DNA of 64,000 bases from Gloeobacterales cyanobacterium (lineage in GTDB: Bacteria > Cyanobacteriota > Cyanobacteriia > Gloeobacterales > PMM-0068), in contig JBBRSB010000001.1 of NCBI GenBank assembly GCA_038245785.1, positions 1 through 64,000 on the forward strand, given 5' to 3'. The notes below the pieces were generated by a model. It did no database searches, was not told the DNA's origin, and was given only the letters and a program-made list of their open reading frames with translations. How positions within the stretch are numbered: the stretch's first letter is position 1; each line of letters starts with the position of its first letter. This document shows, piece by piece, positions 34,756 through 45,573 of the stretch. A program made the position numbers and the translations under genes.

Positions 34756-36042
34756 ATGCCTTGGTTTGAAAATTTACGGGTAGCGGCTTCAGGACTTTGG
34801 GCCAATCGATTGCGTTCGGGCTTAACCATGCTCGGTTTGATCATTGGCGTCAGTGCAGTAATCTTGGTAGTCTCTCTCGGAATTGGCCTCCAGCGATATC
34901 TCAAAGACCAGTTTAAAACCTGGGGAACGAACGTAGTAAGCGTCTTAGAACAGCAGGGACAACGGACGTTTCGGCCTCTAACGATGGCGGATGTAGAAGC
35001 GCTACGCAATCAGGTCAATACAGCCCAAAGCGTCGCCCCTGTGCTTAGTCAAGGAAATGCGCGGGTGGCCTGGCAAAACTACAACACTACCGGAACGATT
35101 CAAGGAGTGACGCCTGAAGTGGCCGTCATGTTGAGCATCCCGATTGTGCAGGGACGATTCTTGACTCAACGAGAACTGGAAGAACGAGCCAGAGTTGTGG
35201 TGCTCGGTAACGAATTGGCTAAAGAAATATTCAAAAATGAAGATCCTATTGGTAAGCAGCTCCTGATTAGCAGTCAACAAGTCGTTAGTGCAAAAGATGT
35301 GGGCAGTCAGGCTTCCAAGAATTCCAATAAAGCTAGACCCAAACTTATTGGCAGTAGTCAACTGCTGACGGTCATTGGCGTCACCAAGGAAGGCGCCTTT
35401 GAAGCCCATCTATCCCTAAGCCGAGGACTGCTAATTCCTCTAACAGTGGCTCATGAACTGCTTATTCCTAGCGATAGTCCCTTCGGGCGCAAAGTGTCGA
35501 ATATTCTCTTGGAGGCTAAAGAGGGCGAGACGGTTGAGCAAGTGACTTTTCAAACCACGAACGTGATGAGACAGCGCCACCAGATTACGACACAAGATGA
35601 TTTCGTGACCTTCAACCTCCAGGAACAGCTCAATATCTACAACAATATCGCCAAAGGAATGACGGTATTTCTCGGGGTTGTAGCAGCGATCTCCCTTTTG
35701 GTAGGCGGCATCAATATCATGAATATCATGTTAGTTTCGGTTAAAGAGCGCACCCGTGAAATTGGTCTGCGCAAAGCATTGGGTGCTTCAGAAGAGGTAA
35801 TTTTGACTCAGTTTGTGATTGAAGCTTTGTTTATTGCGGTGGTGGGAGGACTGATCGGTATCGGCATCGGGGTTGGCCTTGTTACCTTAGTAGCAACGTT
35901 TACTCCACTCAAAGCAGAAGTCACACCCTTTGCCATGATTTTGGCGGTTGGTGTTTCTGGGGCCATCGGTCTATTTTTTGGAGTTTTCCCTGCTCGCCAA
36001 GCAGCCAATTTAGACCCCATCACGGCCTTACGTACGGAGTAG
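34756..36042 (+). CDS. MacB-type ABC permease 2
   Basis: NRLRSGLTMLG and GGINIMNIMLVSVKERTREIGLRKALGA; GGAGG RBS. Confidence 0.92.
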   Translation: MPWFENLRVAASGLWANRLRSGLTMLGLIIGVSAVILVVSLGIGLQRYLKDQFKTWGTNVVSVLEQQGQRTFRPLTMADVEALRNQVNTAQSVAPVLSQGNARVAWQNYNTTGTIQGVTPEVAVMLSIPIVQGRFLTQRELEERARVVVLGNELAKEIFKNEDPIGKQLLISSQQVVSAKDVGSQASKNSNKARPKLIGSSQLLTVIGVTKEGAFEAHLSLSRGLLIPLTVAHELLIPSDSPFGRKVSNILLEAKEGETVEQVTFQTTNVMRQRHQITTQDDFVTFNLQEQLNIYNNIAKGMTVFLGVVAAISLLVGGINIMNIMLVSVKERTREIGLRKALGASEEVILTQFVIEALFIAVVGGLIGIGIGVGLVTLVATFTPLKAEVTPFAMILAVGVSGAIGLFFGVFPARQAANLDPITALRTE

Positions 36043-36047
36043 CAACG

Positions 36048-36737
36048 ATGATTATTCGTCTCAAAGATATCCATAAGTCCTATGGCCTGGATTCTAGCAA
36101 AGTCGAAGTGCTCAAAGGCATTGACCTCGATATTGAGCGAGGAGAATATGTAGCGATCATGGGACCTTCGGGCTCTGGAAAGTCTACCCTGATGAACATC
36201 ATTGGTTGTCTGGACCAGCCGACTTCCGGTTCTTACTCAATTAATGACCAGGATGTGTCGATAATGGACCGCAAGGAATTGGCGCGCATCCGCAATCGGG
36301 AAATTGGTTTTGTGTTTCAACAGTTCAACCTGATGCCCCGCTCTGATGCGATGGAAAACGTGATGCTTCCGGCGCTGTATGCAGGGATGCCTAGCCACGA
36401 ACGCAAAGTACGGGCGACGGAACTCCTAGAGCGGGTTGGGCTCCAAGACCAAATCCACAATCGGCCCAATCAACTGTCAGGCGGACAACAGCAGCGGGTT
36501 GCTATCGCTCGGGCTTTGATGAATCGTCCGAGTATTCTCTTGGCTGATGAACCGACAGGAGCCCTGGACACCAAGACGGGAGAAGAAGTGCTCAGCCTAT
36601 TTGAAGAACTAAACCAAGAAGGATTGACCCTTATTGTCATCACCCATGACCAAGAAGTGGGCAACCGTGCCCACCGTCTCGTTCGGGTCCGTGATGGTTG
36701 TCTGGAAGATGGGGTAGAACTAGCCAAAGTGTCCTGA
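36048..36737 (+). CDS. ABC transporter ATP-binding protein (LolD/MacB-type)
   Basis: [24 protein letters not shown] and ADEPTGALD. Confidence 0.95.
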   Translation: MIIRLKDIHKSYGLDSSKVEVLKGIDLDIERGEYVAIMGPSGSGKSTLMNIIGCLDQPTSGSYSINDQDVSIMDRKELARIRNREIGFVFQQFNLMPRSDAMENVMLPALYAGMPSHERKVRATELLERVGLQDQIHNRPNQLSGGQQQRVAIARALMNRPSILLADEPTGALDTKTGEEVLSLFEELNQEGLTLIVITHDQEVGNRAHRLVRVRDGCLEDGVELAKVS

Positions 36738-36843
36738 AGAGCGATTGCTCGTCGTTCCTGCCCCTCCCAACCCCTCACTACCTACCGTGCACAACCCTGG
36801 GCTATATCTACATCCGCGCCCAAGTTCTATCCTTCTCTCAACC

Positions 36844-37047
36844 ATGAAGCAATCTGATTTTCTGTTAATGTCCATTAAGGCCCTAGCCGATAAAACAGAG
36901 TACAGCGAGACCCATTGGTGCTTGGTCTTCAAAGGCAAAAGAAAAATAACCAGAAAGTTCTTAAGGCTTGCCCAAATGTCTCTAGGCGTCCCGCAAGAAA
37001 CTTTGTCCCTGTGGATTAATCAAAGAATCGCCAATAAAACTAAATGA
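36844..37047 (+). CDS. Possible small Cro/XRE-type HTH protein (67 aa)
   Basis: MSIKALADKTEYSETHWCLVFKGKRKITRKFLRLAQMSLGVP fits the XRE HTH spacing. Confidence 0.4.
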   Translation: MKQSDFLLMSIKALADKTEYSETHWCLVFKGKRKITRKFLRLAQMSLGVPQETLSLWINQRIANKTK

Positions 37048-37222
37048 ATATTGGCTTTGATTTCTGGGTCTTGCATTCCTGCTGTATGTCAAGCTTTTCC
37101 CCAACAGCCAGGGTGAAGCCTTTTCTAGCGAGACTCTTCGACGTAGCGCAAGAGCCTAAATACCTTTACCTTGGTACGCGAAAATTTCGGACAGGTCCAT
37201 TAGACTGCAGATAGCCTAGATC

Positions 37223-38647
37223 TTGAAACTTACTATCAATCAATTCATCAGTGATGTCGTTGTTTTGGAGGATGGGCAAGCGCTACCGCGCGATATCAGG
37301 CTGCCGCCGCGAACGCCAAAGTGGCAGGACACCTTTGCCTATATTGCCAACCCAGATCAGTTTTGTCGGGTTAATCAAGCGCAGTATGGGCCAATCTTTC
37401 AGACGGGGATTTTTGGGGGCACCACCGTACTTATGGGGTCATCCCATGCGATTCAGATGGTTTTTAATGGTGACTCAAAGTATACGGAAATTGGACTGCC
37501 TCCTACCACCATGGAAATGTTTGGTGAGTACAGTCTATTTCAGAAACCAGACTTGCATCGCCAGCGCAAAAGTGCCCTCAGGCCAGCATTTACAGGACAG
37601 ATGCTTGGGAATTATCTGCCGCATATCCATAGTGTGCTGGGACAGTCTCTTCAGACATGGAATACAGCGGCTCCGATGCAGCTAGTGCCTTGCGTAGAGC
37701 GGGTTTGCTTCGATATTTTAGTACCCTTGCTCTTAGGAACACAGCTAAACAATGAATCGGCATTTGTGGGATTGCCGATTTCGTCCAAGGCAGAACTCAA
37801 GCGCTTGTACAAAACCTTTTTTGATGGCTTCTATGGACTGCTGAAGTGGAATTTACCGTTGACAACGTTTGGACGGGGACAACAGGCACGGTCCCGCCTC
37901 ATTGAACTCATGCGGGCACAGGTACAACATAGACGGGCAAGCCATGTGCCGATTGACCCAACAGCAGATTTTCTGTCCATGATGTTGGCGGATCAAAAGT
38001 CCGATCCAGAGAGTGTCTTTAGTGATGCCCTGATCGAAAACCAATGCCTACTTCAACTATGGGCATCCCACTATGAAGTTATGGGTTTAGTATCATCCTG
38101 GATCTATCAGCTCGGTCACTATCCTGAACTGGTCCAGCGGTTGCGATCTGAGCAGGTGAAAGTATTAGGTGAGCAGAGCGATCCAAAGACTCCTTCCCTG
38201 GAGCAGCTTAAGCAGATGGTATTTCTGGAAGCAACTATAAAGGAAACGCTGCGGACCTTGCCACCTAGTTCCACTGCAACACGCCGCCTGACAAAGTCTG
38301 TCGTTTTAGACGGGGTTCTGTATAAAAAGGGATGGGGGCTGGTTGCTGAACCCCGAATTGCACATGGGATCTCAGACTATTTTAGCCAACCCGATCGCTT
38401 TGACCCGGATCGCTTCTTGCCGGAACGGGGTGAGGGGCAGATGTACGAGTTTATTCCCTTTGGGGGCGGGGTTCATGCCTGCCTGGGAGCACAGTTGGCG
38501 ATGCTCTTGATGAAGATGTTTGCGGTAAATCTGTTGCATCAGTTTGACTGGAAGCTGCTGGATGAGGCAACTTTTGTGCAGTTCCCGCTCAAGAGAATCC
38601 AAGACAACTATCAAATTCAGCTTGTACACCACGTACCGAATGATTGA
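37223..38647 (+). CDS. Cytochrome P450 with atypical I-helix
   Basis: ETLR, FDPDRF and FGGGVHACLG heme motif; TTG start uncertain. Confidence 0.93.
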   Translation: MKLTINQFISDVVVLEDGQALPRDIRLPPRTPKWQDTFAYIANPDQFCRVNQAQYGPIFQTGIFGGTTVLMGSSHAIQMVFNGDSKYTEIGLPPTTMEMFGEYSLFQKPDLHRQRKSALRPAFTGQMLGNYLPHIHSVLGQSLQTWNTAAPMQLVPCVERVCFDILVPLLLGTQLNNESAFVGLPISSKAELKRLYKTFFDGFYGLLKWNLPLTTFGRGQQARSRLIELMRAQVQHRRASHVPIDPTADFLSMMLADQKSDPESVFSDALIENQCLLQLWASHYEVMGLVSSWIYQLGHYPELVQRLRSEQVKVLGEQSDPKTPSLEQLKQMVFLEATIKETLRTLPPSSTATRRLTKSVVLDGVLYKKGWGLVAEPRIAHGISDYFSQPDRFDPDRFLPERGEGQMYEFIPFGGGVHACLGAQLAMLLMKMFAVNLLHQFDWKLLDEATFVQFPLKRIQDNYQIQLVHHVPND

Positions 38648-38739
38648 CATATATCAGACTTATTGGAAGTCGCTACAGGGAGGCTCATTCAACAAGCTTT
38701 GAGATTTTACAGTAGTGGAGCATTTCGAAGTAGAACAAG

Positions 38740-39357
38740 ATGAGCCAAAGAAAAACTCGGTTGCTAGTTGGAACATCCCTTGCACTACTCGCTACCTTTT
38801 TGCTTGCAATTAATCTAATTCCAGCGATGTTCATCAAAGTTCCACTCAACCCAGTGGGAAACGAGAAGTTTGATGTCATCATTGCCCTCGGATATCCAGC
38901 CCTTGAAGATGGACACCCTAGCCCCATGCTGAGACAGCGCGTCATCGATGCCGTCAACCTCTTCAAAAATCATCATGCCGACCACATTATCTTCACAGGT
39001 GGCGCCGCTCACAACCCATTCGTGGAAGCTGACGTCATGGCCAAATTAGCCCATTCGCTAGGAGTCCCCACCGCAAATATTATTCAGGAAGGAAAAGCAA
39101 AGAGTTCCTGTCAAAACGCTTTGAATTCTGTGAAAATCATGCAGGAGAAAAACTGGCACACAGCAGTGGTCGTCACCTCGCCCAATCACCTAAAACGAGC
39201 TAACTATCTGTTTGCTCATTATCCCATTCACTTTGCAGTTTCTAGCTCTGGTTATCTAAACGAGATGAACCTCTTGGAGAGCGTTTTGTTTAACCAGTGG
39301 GAGCAGTATTCCTTGACTCGACTCACTTTTTTGGGTTATCCCACATGTAGGTCGTAA
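38740..39357 (+). CDS. YdcF/ElyC (DUF218) family protein
   Basis: VIIALG, IIFTGG, EADVM and VVVTSPNHLKRA. Confidence 0.85.
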   Translation: MSQRKTRLLVGTSLALLATFLLAINLIPAMFIKVPLNPVGNEKFDVIIALGYPALEDGHPSPMLRQRVIDAVNLFKNHHADHIIFTGGAAHNPFVEADVMAKLAHSLGVPTANIIQEGKAKSSCQNALNSVKIMQEKNWHTAVVVTSPNHLKRANYLFAHYPIHFAVSSSGYLNEMNLLESVLFNQWEQYSLTRLTFLGYPTCRS

Positions 39358-39639
39358 ACGAGCGTTCTCCTTGTTTGTCAACTCTTCTGGAGCGTCTGCT
39401 AAATGGGAGAAAGATCAGCCTTTGAGTTGCTCATAATTTTTTTGATGCGCTTGATAGATCTTGTTAGTGTTTGGGGATCCTATTAAAAGCGCACAAAGTA
39501 ACCAAATACTAGAGCTGAAAATGCTGCTAACTAAGTGACGATGGTCGGTTAGCAGTAAGTCATATCGGAAAGAGTCATGGCAGCCTATAGGGAAGGTGCA
39601 CTTAGAGAAACTAATGAATGAAGGAAAAATAATTTAAAT

Positions 39640-40761
39640 ATGTTTTCAATCCAAGTTATTAAGACTATTGATGAATTCAAAGCCATTTCTGAGACTTGGC
39701 AAAGTTTACTTCAGGATGCCCAAGAGAACAATATCGCTTTGGATCATGCGTGGCTATTGACGTGGTTAACCCATTTCTTACCACAACAAATCTTTATTGT
39801 GCTGGTCTATGACGATCAGAAAAAACTGGTGGCAGCAGCGCCCTTTCAAATCCAGCGAACCCCTTCAGGTCTGGCCCATCGTCTGCTTCGCCGCTTGCAA
39901 TTTATTGGGACCGATCCAAGCGTATATGATGACATCAAAATCATTTGTACGAAGACGATTGACAAGCCGACAGTCTTTCAATCCATTGCCAAGTGTTTAT
40001 TAGATGCAAGGCCTCAGTGGGATATCCTTGACTTAAGATATAGTTCTGACAAAGAAGGGCTTGTACTGCTTGAAAGTTACCTGTCTCATGGCACCTATTC
40101 AAATCAAATGAATTCGCCCATGAGTATTCCTATTTTAAGACTCCCTGAAACTATAGAAGAATACACGCAAACAAAATCAAAGAGCTTTCATAAAGACTTG
40201 CGCCGTATTGCCAATCGCCTGGAACGGGAGTACCCCAAGCAAGAAGTGACCTTATCTTTCTTCCTAACATCTCCAGAGACTGAAGAAAAAATGGCTTCGT
40301 TCCTTCAAAACCACCAAGACTATTGGAAAGCAAAAGGGGTGAAGACTGAAACCGCTCGATTTCCAGCATTAAAGTCGTTTTACAAATCCATCCACGCTAA
40401 TTTCCAATCTTCAAAAGAGCGTCATGGACGATTCCATTTCTCAGTACTTTCCTTGGGAGATATTCCCTTGAGCTATCAATTTTGTTATTGGCAAGGCCGT
40501 CATTATTTGGGGTATTTAACTCACTACAATCCTGACTTCAAACCTTATCGACCTGGCATACTTCATATTGAATCTCTCATTCACCATGTAATTGAAGAAA
40601 ACGGCGAAGCCTTTGAATTTGGACGAGGAGACGAACCTTATAAATTGCAATGGACAAAGTCCCTTTTACCCTTATGGAATCTCACCATGTTCAAAACGGC
40701 AAAAGTTGCTTGGGCCTGGCAACTGGATGATGAAATTCAAAAACGGTTAAACCGAGCCTGA
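39640..40761 (+). CDS. GNAT/FemAB-like acyltransferase (CelD/BcsL-type)
   Basis: LVAAAPF, YNPDFKPYRPG and FEFGRGDEPYKLQW. Confidence 0.8.
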   Translation: MFSIQVIKTIDEFKAISETWQSLLQDAQENNIALDHAWLLTWLTHFLPQQIFIVLVYDDQKKLVAAAPFQIQRTPSGLAHRLLRRLQFIGTDPSVYDDIKIICTKTIDKPTVFQSIAKCLLDARPQWDILDLRYSSDKEGLVLLESYLSHGTYSNQMNSPMSIPILRLPETIEEYTQTKSKSFHKDLRRIANRLEREYPKQEVTLSFFLTSPETEEKMASFLQNHQDYWKAKGVKTETARFPALKSFYKSIHANFQSSKERHGRFHFSVLSLGDIPLSYQFCYWQGRHYLGYLTHYNPDFKPYRPGILHIESLIHHVIEENGEAFEFGRGDEPYKLQWTKSLLPLWNLTMFKTAKVAWAWQLDDEIQKRLNRA

Positions 40762-40817
40762 TTAATCCCCTTTACGAGCCCATTGCATCTTCTTTGCCCT
40801 TTTATGCCTTGCCTTAA

Positions 40818-41720
40818 TCAACGGGTTGGTGCAGGTAAGCGTGAACGAATGGTTGTTTGATACTCTGCCTTATCTAAGCCTCTAGAACCAACAAAGTGAT
40901 TCACCTGAATAAGGTGGTTTAACGCGTTGATCCGGTCAGGGACGGCGGGGTGAGTACTCAGGAAAGTAGGGCTAGAAGGATAACGGGTTAACTTTTCCAG
41001 AAAAGCAGGCATAGCGTTAGAGGCGTAGCCTGCACGGTCTAGCATCGACAAACCTAGCCGGTCCGCCTCAAACTCATCACGACGACTATTTGGTCGGCTC
41101 ACGGCCAGTTCGACACCAATATTGACCGCTAGATTCCGGTCGAGGCTGGCTGCATTGGCAACTCCAGAGACGATAGCTTGCTGACGCATCTGCTCAACCG
41201 CATGACGAGCTGAGATGTGACCAATTTCGTGGCCAAGTACACTGGCTACCTGAGCTTCGTTATCCGCAACAGCGAGTAATCCAGTGGTGACATAGACATA
41301 GCCACCCATCGTGCTGGATGCATTGATCTGTGGGTCTTGGATTACTTGGAAATGGTAGGGAATCTGGGAGCGTCCACTGAAGGGAACTAGTCGCTGACCG
41401 ACCTGATTGACATATCGGGTAATCACCGGGTCATTCCGCAGGTGAAACTCCTTAGCCAGCAGTTGCTGATTAATCTGCTCACCCAGTGCGACTTCCTGTT
41501 GATCCGATAGATTCGACAGCTGGATCACCTGGACACCCTGAAAGATGAGATCCAGAAGAGAGGCCCTAGCAGGCTGTATATATGTGGTGGCCCATAGGCT
41601 TGAAGCTAAGGTCAGCGAAAGGAGCAGGGAAAACCCACGCTTCTTATGGATTAAACGACTTTTACGGAAATACTGCTCTAATGAGCTAACAGGTAAGAGA
41701 GGAGGAAATTGGCTTTTCAT
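40818..41720 (-). CDS. M48 family metallopeptidase
   Basis: VLGHEIGH, EFEADRLG and FLSTHP. Confidence 0.9.
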   Translation of the reverse strand: MKSQFPPLLPVSSLEQYFRKSRLIHKKRGFSLLLSLTLASSLWATTYIQPARASLLDLIFQGVQVIQLSNLSDQQEVALGEQINQQLLAKEFHLRNDPVITRYVNQVGQRLVPFSGRSQIPYHFQVIQDPQINASSTMGGYVYVTTGLLAVADNEAQVASVLGHEIGHISARHAVEQMRQQAIVSGVANAASLDRNLAVNIGVELAVSRPNSRRDEFEADRLGLSMLDRAGYASNAMPAFLEKLTRYPSSPTFLSTHPAVPDRINALNHLIQVNHFVGSRGLDKAEYQTTIRSRLPAPTR

Positions 41721-41964
41721 CTTTATCGGTCGGATAGCGTTTGCTTACTATCTGACTCATGCACCTCTTACGCTCAATCTAGCATTGCCTGCAAAATGTG
41801 CTGAATAGTAGATACCAAAAGACTATAAATCTCTACAAATCTAGATGCTCATGCTGATCAACTTTAGGATTACTGAAGTATATCAAGTATTTAATCTGAC
41901 TCCAATCCCCGCAAGCGAACAAGCCAAAGCAAGAAATGCCACTAGTTCTCCATGGACTTGCTGT

Positions 41965-43254
41965 CTAAGACTCCAGGTCTTTGATTTCCTTGGGAATAGC
42001 ATGGGTAAGAACTTTTGGGCCTTGCTCGGTGACCAAAACATCATCTTCAATGCGAATACCGATGCCTCGGAAGGCTTCCGGCACCGTTTCGCAGTCTGGC
42101 GCAATGTAAAGTCCTGGTTCTACAGTCAACAGATTACCCGGTGCCAGTTTGTACCACTCCTGCTCAGAAGTTTTATAGGCACCGACATCGTGGACATCTA
42201 AGCCCAGCCAGTGGCCCGTACGATGCATATAGAACTCTTTGTACTTGCTTTCTTCAATCAGCTGGTCCACAGAACCTGAAAGCAAGCCTAAGTCCACAAG
42301 TCCCTCGGTCAGGACCCGGACCGCTTTATTGTGAGCACCTTCATAGGGATTACCGACCTGTACTTCTTGGATCGCTGCTTTTTGGGCTTCTAGCACTACT
42401 TCATAGACGGCTTTTTGTTCTGGGCTAAAGCGTCCACTGACCGGAAATGTGCGCGTAATATCTGCGTTGTAGTAGCCATAGGAGCATCCGGCATCGATCA
42501 GCAAGAGTTCCCCCGCTTCTAACTTCTTTTTATTCTCGATATAGTGCAGGATGCAGGCATTCTCGCCAGCCGCAACAATCGAAGGATAAGCTGGGCCTTG
42601 GGCTCCGCTTTTTCGGAAGATGTACTCCATCAGGGCCTGGATTTCATACTCATAGACCCCAGGTTTTGCCAATTCCCGTGCTTGGTTATGGGCATCAGCA
42701 CTAATTGCAATTGCTCGCTCAATCAGGGCTAGTTCTGCGGGGTCTTTATATAGACGCAAGTTATGGATAATCATGCCCGGATCGTCCATCCCGACAGGAC
42801 CTTTGCCTGTGCGGACGCGATTGCGCTGGAAGTAGTCTAACCACTTGAGCATCCGCTGGTTGAACGCTTCGTCCCGCCCCAACTTGGTATAAATCCGGCC
42901 AGCGTCTTTTAGATAGCCAGGCAGATGCTGGTCTATTTCTTCAATGACATAGGCAATGTCTGCCCCAAAACGGTCGGTCGCTCCTTCTACTCCGGCTCGA
43001 ATGCCATGCCAGATCTCCTGCTCTCGGATCCGGGGCCGTACGAATAGGACAAATTGATGCTCCGCGTGATCAGGTGCAAAGACGGCGACAGCACCAGGTT
43101 CATCAAAACCAGTCAGGTAGTAGAAGTCACTATCTTGGCGGAAAGGAAATTCAACATCGCTGTGATGGACTTGCGGAGGAGCACTGGACAGGACGGCAAC
43201 GCCATCTCCCAAAGCTTTTAGGAAACGCTGACGGCGATGCTGGAATACATCCAT
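41965..43254 (-). CDS. pepP: Xaa-Pro aminopeptidase
   Basis: FRQDSDFYYLTG, DITRTFP, HWLGLDVHD, EPGLY and GIRIEDD. Confidence 0.95.
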   Translation of the reverse strand: MDVFQHRRQRFLKALGDGVAVLSSAPPQVHHSDVEFPFRQDSDFYYLTGFDEPGAVAVFAPDHAEHQFVLFVRPRIREQEIWHGIRAGVEGATDRFGADIAYVIEEIDQHLPGYLKDAGRIYTKLGRDEAFNQRMLKWLDYFQRNRVRTGKGPVGMDDPGMIIHNLRLYKDPAELALIERAIAISADAHNQARELAKPGVYEYEIQALMEYIFRKSGAQGPAYPSIVAAGENACILHYIENKKKLEAGELLLIDAGCSYGYYNADITRTFPVSGRFSPEQKAVYEVVLEAQKAAIQEVQVGNPYEGAHNKAVRVLTEGLVDLGLLSGSVDQLIEESKYKEFYMHRTGHWLGLDVHDVGAYKTSEQEWYKLAPGNLLTVEPGLYIAPDCETVPEAFRGIGIRIEDDVLVTEQGPKVLTHAIPKEIKDLES

Positions 43255-43590
43255 AGAATGAGCTTATATACAGGCTTTTCTATCCTAAGACTGGGAGGCT
43301 TCAAGCTACAACTTTCTGTGTTCGACTACTGCTTTTGGAAATATTGAGCCACAATGAGTATAAGTTCCGTATATCGCCATGTGGGTTGTCATTCTGGAAA
43401 AGCAAGTCATCCGCTCAGATGTTGTCTGTGGCTCATGTTTACTGGCAAATTCCCAAGGGCATCCCCGTTACGATAAGGACCGTTTGCGTTGTGGCAGGCT
43501 ATCGCAAACGTCGTCAGAAGCTATCTCGCAGTACCAATGTACGATGGGATTCCGACTTGCCCAAACTTTAGAATCGACAGGAGAGCCTTC

Positions 43591-44082
43591 ATGACGTGGC
43601 GCGGTAGTGCTACTGTACAGGACCGGATTTTCGGCAGCTTGATCTATATTCTGCCTATCGGAGATGCGGTGCTTTTTGGCGGAGACCTGCTTAGTCAGGT
43701 TGGCCTCAGTAGTATATATAATTTTTTGGCGCCTCTAGCTGCCTTGAACAGTGGCTTCGGCGGTCTGATCCTCTTTTTTGCACTCTTCATTCTCGTGATT
43801 AACAACCCAAATATTGCCCATTTCATCCGCTTTAACGTGTTTCAGGCCCTACTGCTTTTGATTGCTACAACCCTCTACTCTCTAGTGTTTGGCGTGTTGT
43901 TCAATATCTTTGGTCAGATTCCTGAATTGGGCTCTTTGGTGGTCCTACTCAAGCAGACCCTGAATAACACGGTATTTCTGGCGGTGACGGTTGCCTGTTG
44001 CTACTCCATTTTCAAGAGTGTGACCGGGAAGTATGCCGATATCCCCAAGCTGTCTGACGTGGTTTATTCTCAAGTCCGATGA
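43591..44082 (+). CDS. Tic20/Ycf60 family membrane protein
   Basis: MTWRGS, HFIRFNVFQA and GKYADIP. Confidence 0.88.
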   Translation: MTWRGSATVQDRIFGSLIYILPIGDAVLFGGDLLSQVGLSSIYNFLAPLAALNSGFGGLILFFALFILVINNPNIAHFIRFNVFQALLLLIATTLYSLVFGVLFNIFGQIPELGSLVVLLKQTLNNTVFLAVTVACCYSIFKSVTGKYADIPKLSDVVYSQVR

Positions 44083-44129
44083 ACTACCCCAGAACCTACT
44101 AATCTGGAGGAAAGCTTTCTTGAGGGATC

Positions 44130-44675
44130 ATGGCAGTTTTTGAAGGTAGATTAGACAGTACTAAGGGTTTACGCTTTGCAATCGTAACGGCCCGCTTTAA
44201 CGATTTAATTACGGGCAAGCTCTTGTCTGCCTGTAAGGATTCGCTGAAGCGTCACGGCATAGATGTGAGCGATGAGTCTGACCAGGTGGACTATACCTGG
44301 GTCCCAGGGTGCTTTGATATGCCCGTGATTGCCTATCGTATGGCTTTGACGAGACGCTACGACGCAATTATCTGTCTGGGAGCTGTGATCAAAGGCCAGA
44401 CGCCCCACTTCGACATTGTTTGTAAGAAAGTTGCCGATGGCATCGCCCAGGTGATGATGCAAACAGGGGTGCCTGTGGTATTCGGGGTATTAACTACCGA
44501 TACGATGCAGCAAGCCTTGGAGCGAGCGGGCATTAAGGATAATAAAGGCTGGTCTTTTGGGATGGATGCGATTGAGATGGCGAGTCTTGTGAAGGCTCTT
44601 CCTCCGCTTATAGGAGACACCTCCTCTTTAATGACTTCGGAAGGCAAGCTTTTGCCTGACCGCTCTAATTTTTAA
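44130..44675 (+). CDS. ribH: 6,7-dimethyl-8-ribityllumazine synthase
   Basis: [22 protein letters not shown] and QALERAG. Confidence 0.95.
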   Translation: MAVFEGRLDSTKGLRFAIVTARFNDLITGKLLSACKDSLKRHGIDVSDESDQVDYTWVPGCFDMPVIAYRMALTRRYDAIICLGAVIKGQTPHFDIVCKKVADGIAQVMMQTGVPVVFGVLTTDTMQQALERAGIKDNKGWSFGMDAIEMASLVKALPPLIGDTSSLMTSEGKLLPDRSNF

Positions 44676-44773
44676 TATTATCCAGGTGCTTGTGCCATCT
44701 GTGAAAGTGTCCCTTCAGGGCACTATTAGGGGCATGGAGTCTTTATGCTGTATCCAAGAGTTTATCTTCTACT

Positions 44774-45520
44774 ATGAATCCCTACGCTGCTGCTGTCTCT
44801 CTGCTGAAAGGTCCCGCTAACGCCAAGGCTGCGCCTGCGCCCTCCTATTTCTCTCCCTGGCTCATGTCTCTGGTCTATCCCATGGGGCGTTATGCCTTAC
44901 TTCCGGCTTACTTTAAGTCGATGGAGGTGACGGGACAGGAACATCTCTCGAAAAGTGGTCCTATCATTCTGGCACCTACCCATCGTGCTCGCTGGGATGC
45001 GCTGATGGTTCCCTATGCCGCTGGTCGCTATGTGACGGGACGGGACCTCCGGTTTATGGTTACTGCCAGTGAAGTAGTCGGCTTCCAAGGTTGGCTCATG
45101 CGCAATACGGGGGCTTTCCCGGTCGATACGGACAAACCCGCCATCTCTAGTCTCCGCCATGGCATGGAGCTTCTACAGCGAGGAGAGATTCTGGTTATCT
45201 TCCCAGAGGGAAATCTTTTTTATGAACGAGAAATCCAACCGTTGAAGCCAGGATTGGCTCGTCTTGCGCTGCAAACGGAGGCCAGCCAACCCGGTCTTGG
45301 GCTGAAGGTTGTGCCTATGGCCTTGCACTATGATCCAATCCAGCCTCGCTGGCGCTCTACGGTCTCTATCCGCATTGGTGCGCCGCTGCACGTAGATAGC
45401 TATGACGTGGATTCGATTAAGCGCAGTGCTCAAGTAATGACGAATGACTTGGATGCAGCTCTTAAAAAACTGGCCATGACTCCAGGGGTGGAAACCACGC
45501 GCTCAACTGTTCAGCGGTAA
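44774..45520 (+). CDS. plsC: 1-acyl-sn-glycerol-3-phosphate acyltransferase family protein
   Basis: PTHRARWD (HX4D) and IFPEG. Confidence 0.85.
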   Translation: MNPYAAAVSLLKGPANAKAAPAPSYFSPWLMSLVYPMGRYALLPAYFKSMEVTGQEHLSKSGPIILAPTHRARWDALMVPYAAGRYVTGRDLRFMVTASEVVGFQGWLMRNTGAFPVDTDKPAISSLRHGMELLQRGEILVIFPEGNLFYEREIQPLKPGLARLALQTEASQPGLGLKVVPMALHYDPIQPRWRSTVSIRIGAPLHVDSYDVDSIKRSAQVMTNDLDAALKKLAMTPGVETTRSTVQR

Positions 45521-45573
45521 TTGACAGGCCACAGTACCCATGAGAGTATAAAGAGCGCTCGTAATGAGTGTGC

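Noticed and set aside
45521..45552. TTGACA...TATAAA sigma70 promoter for the tRNA
   Set aside because: Spacing is 20 nt; the -35 may be real but I cannot assign the -10 confidently.
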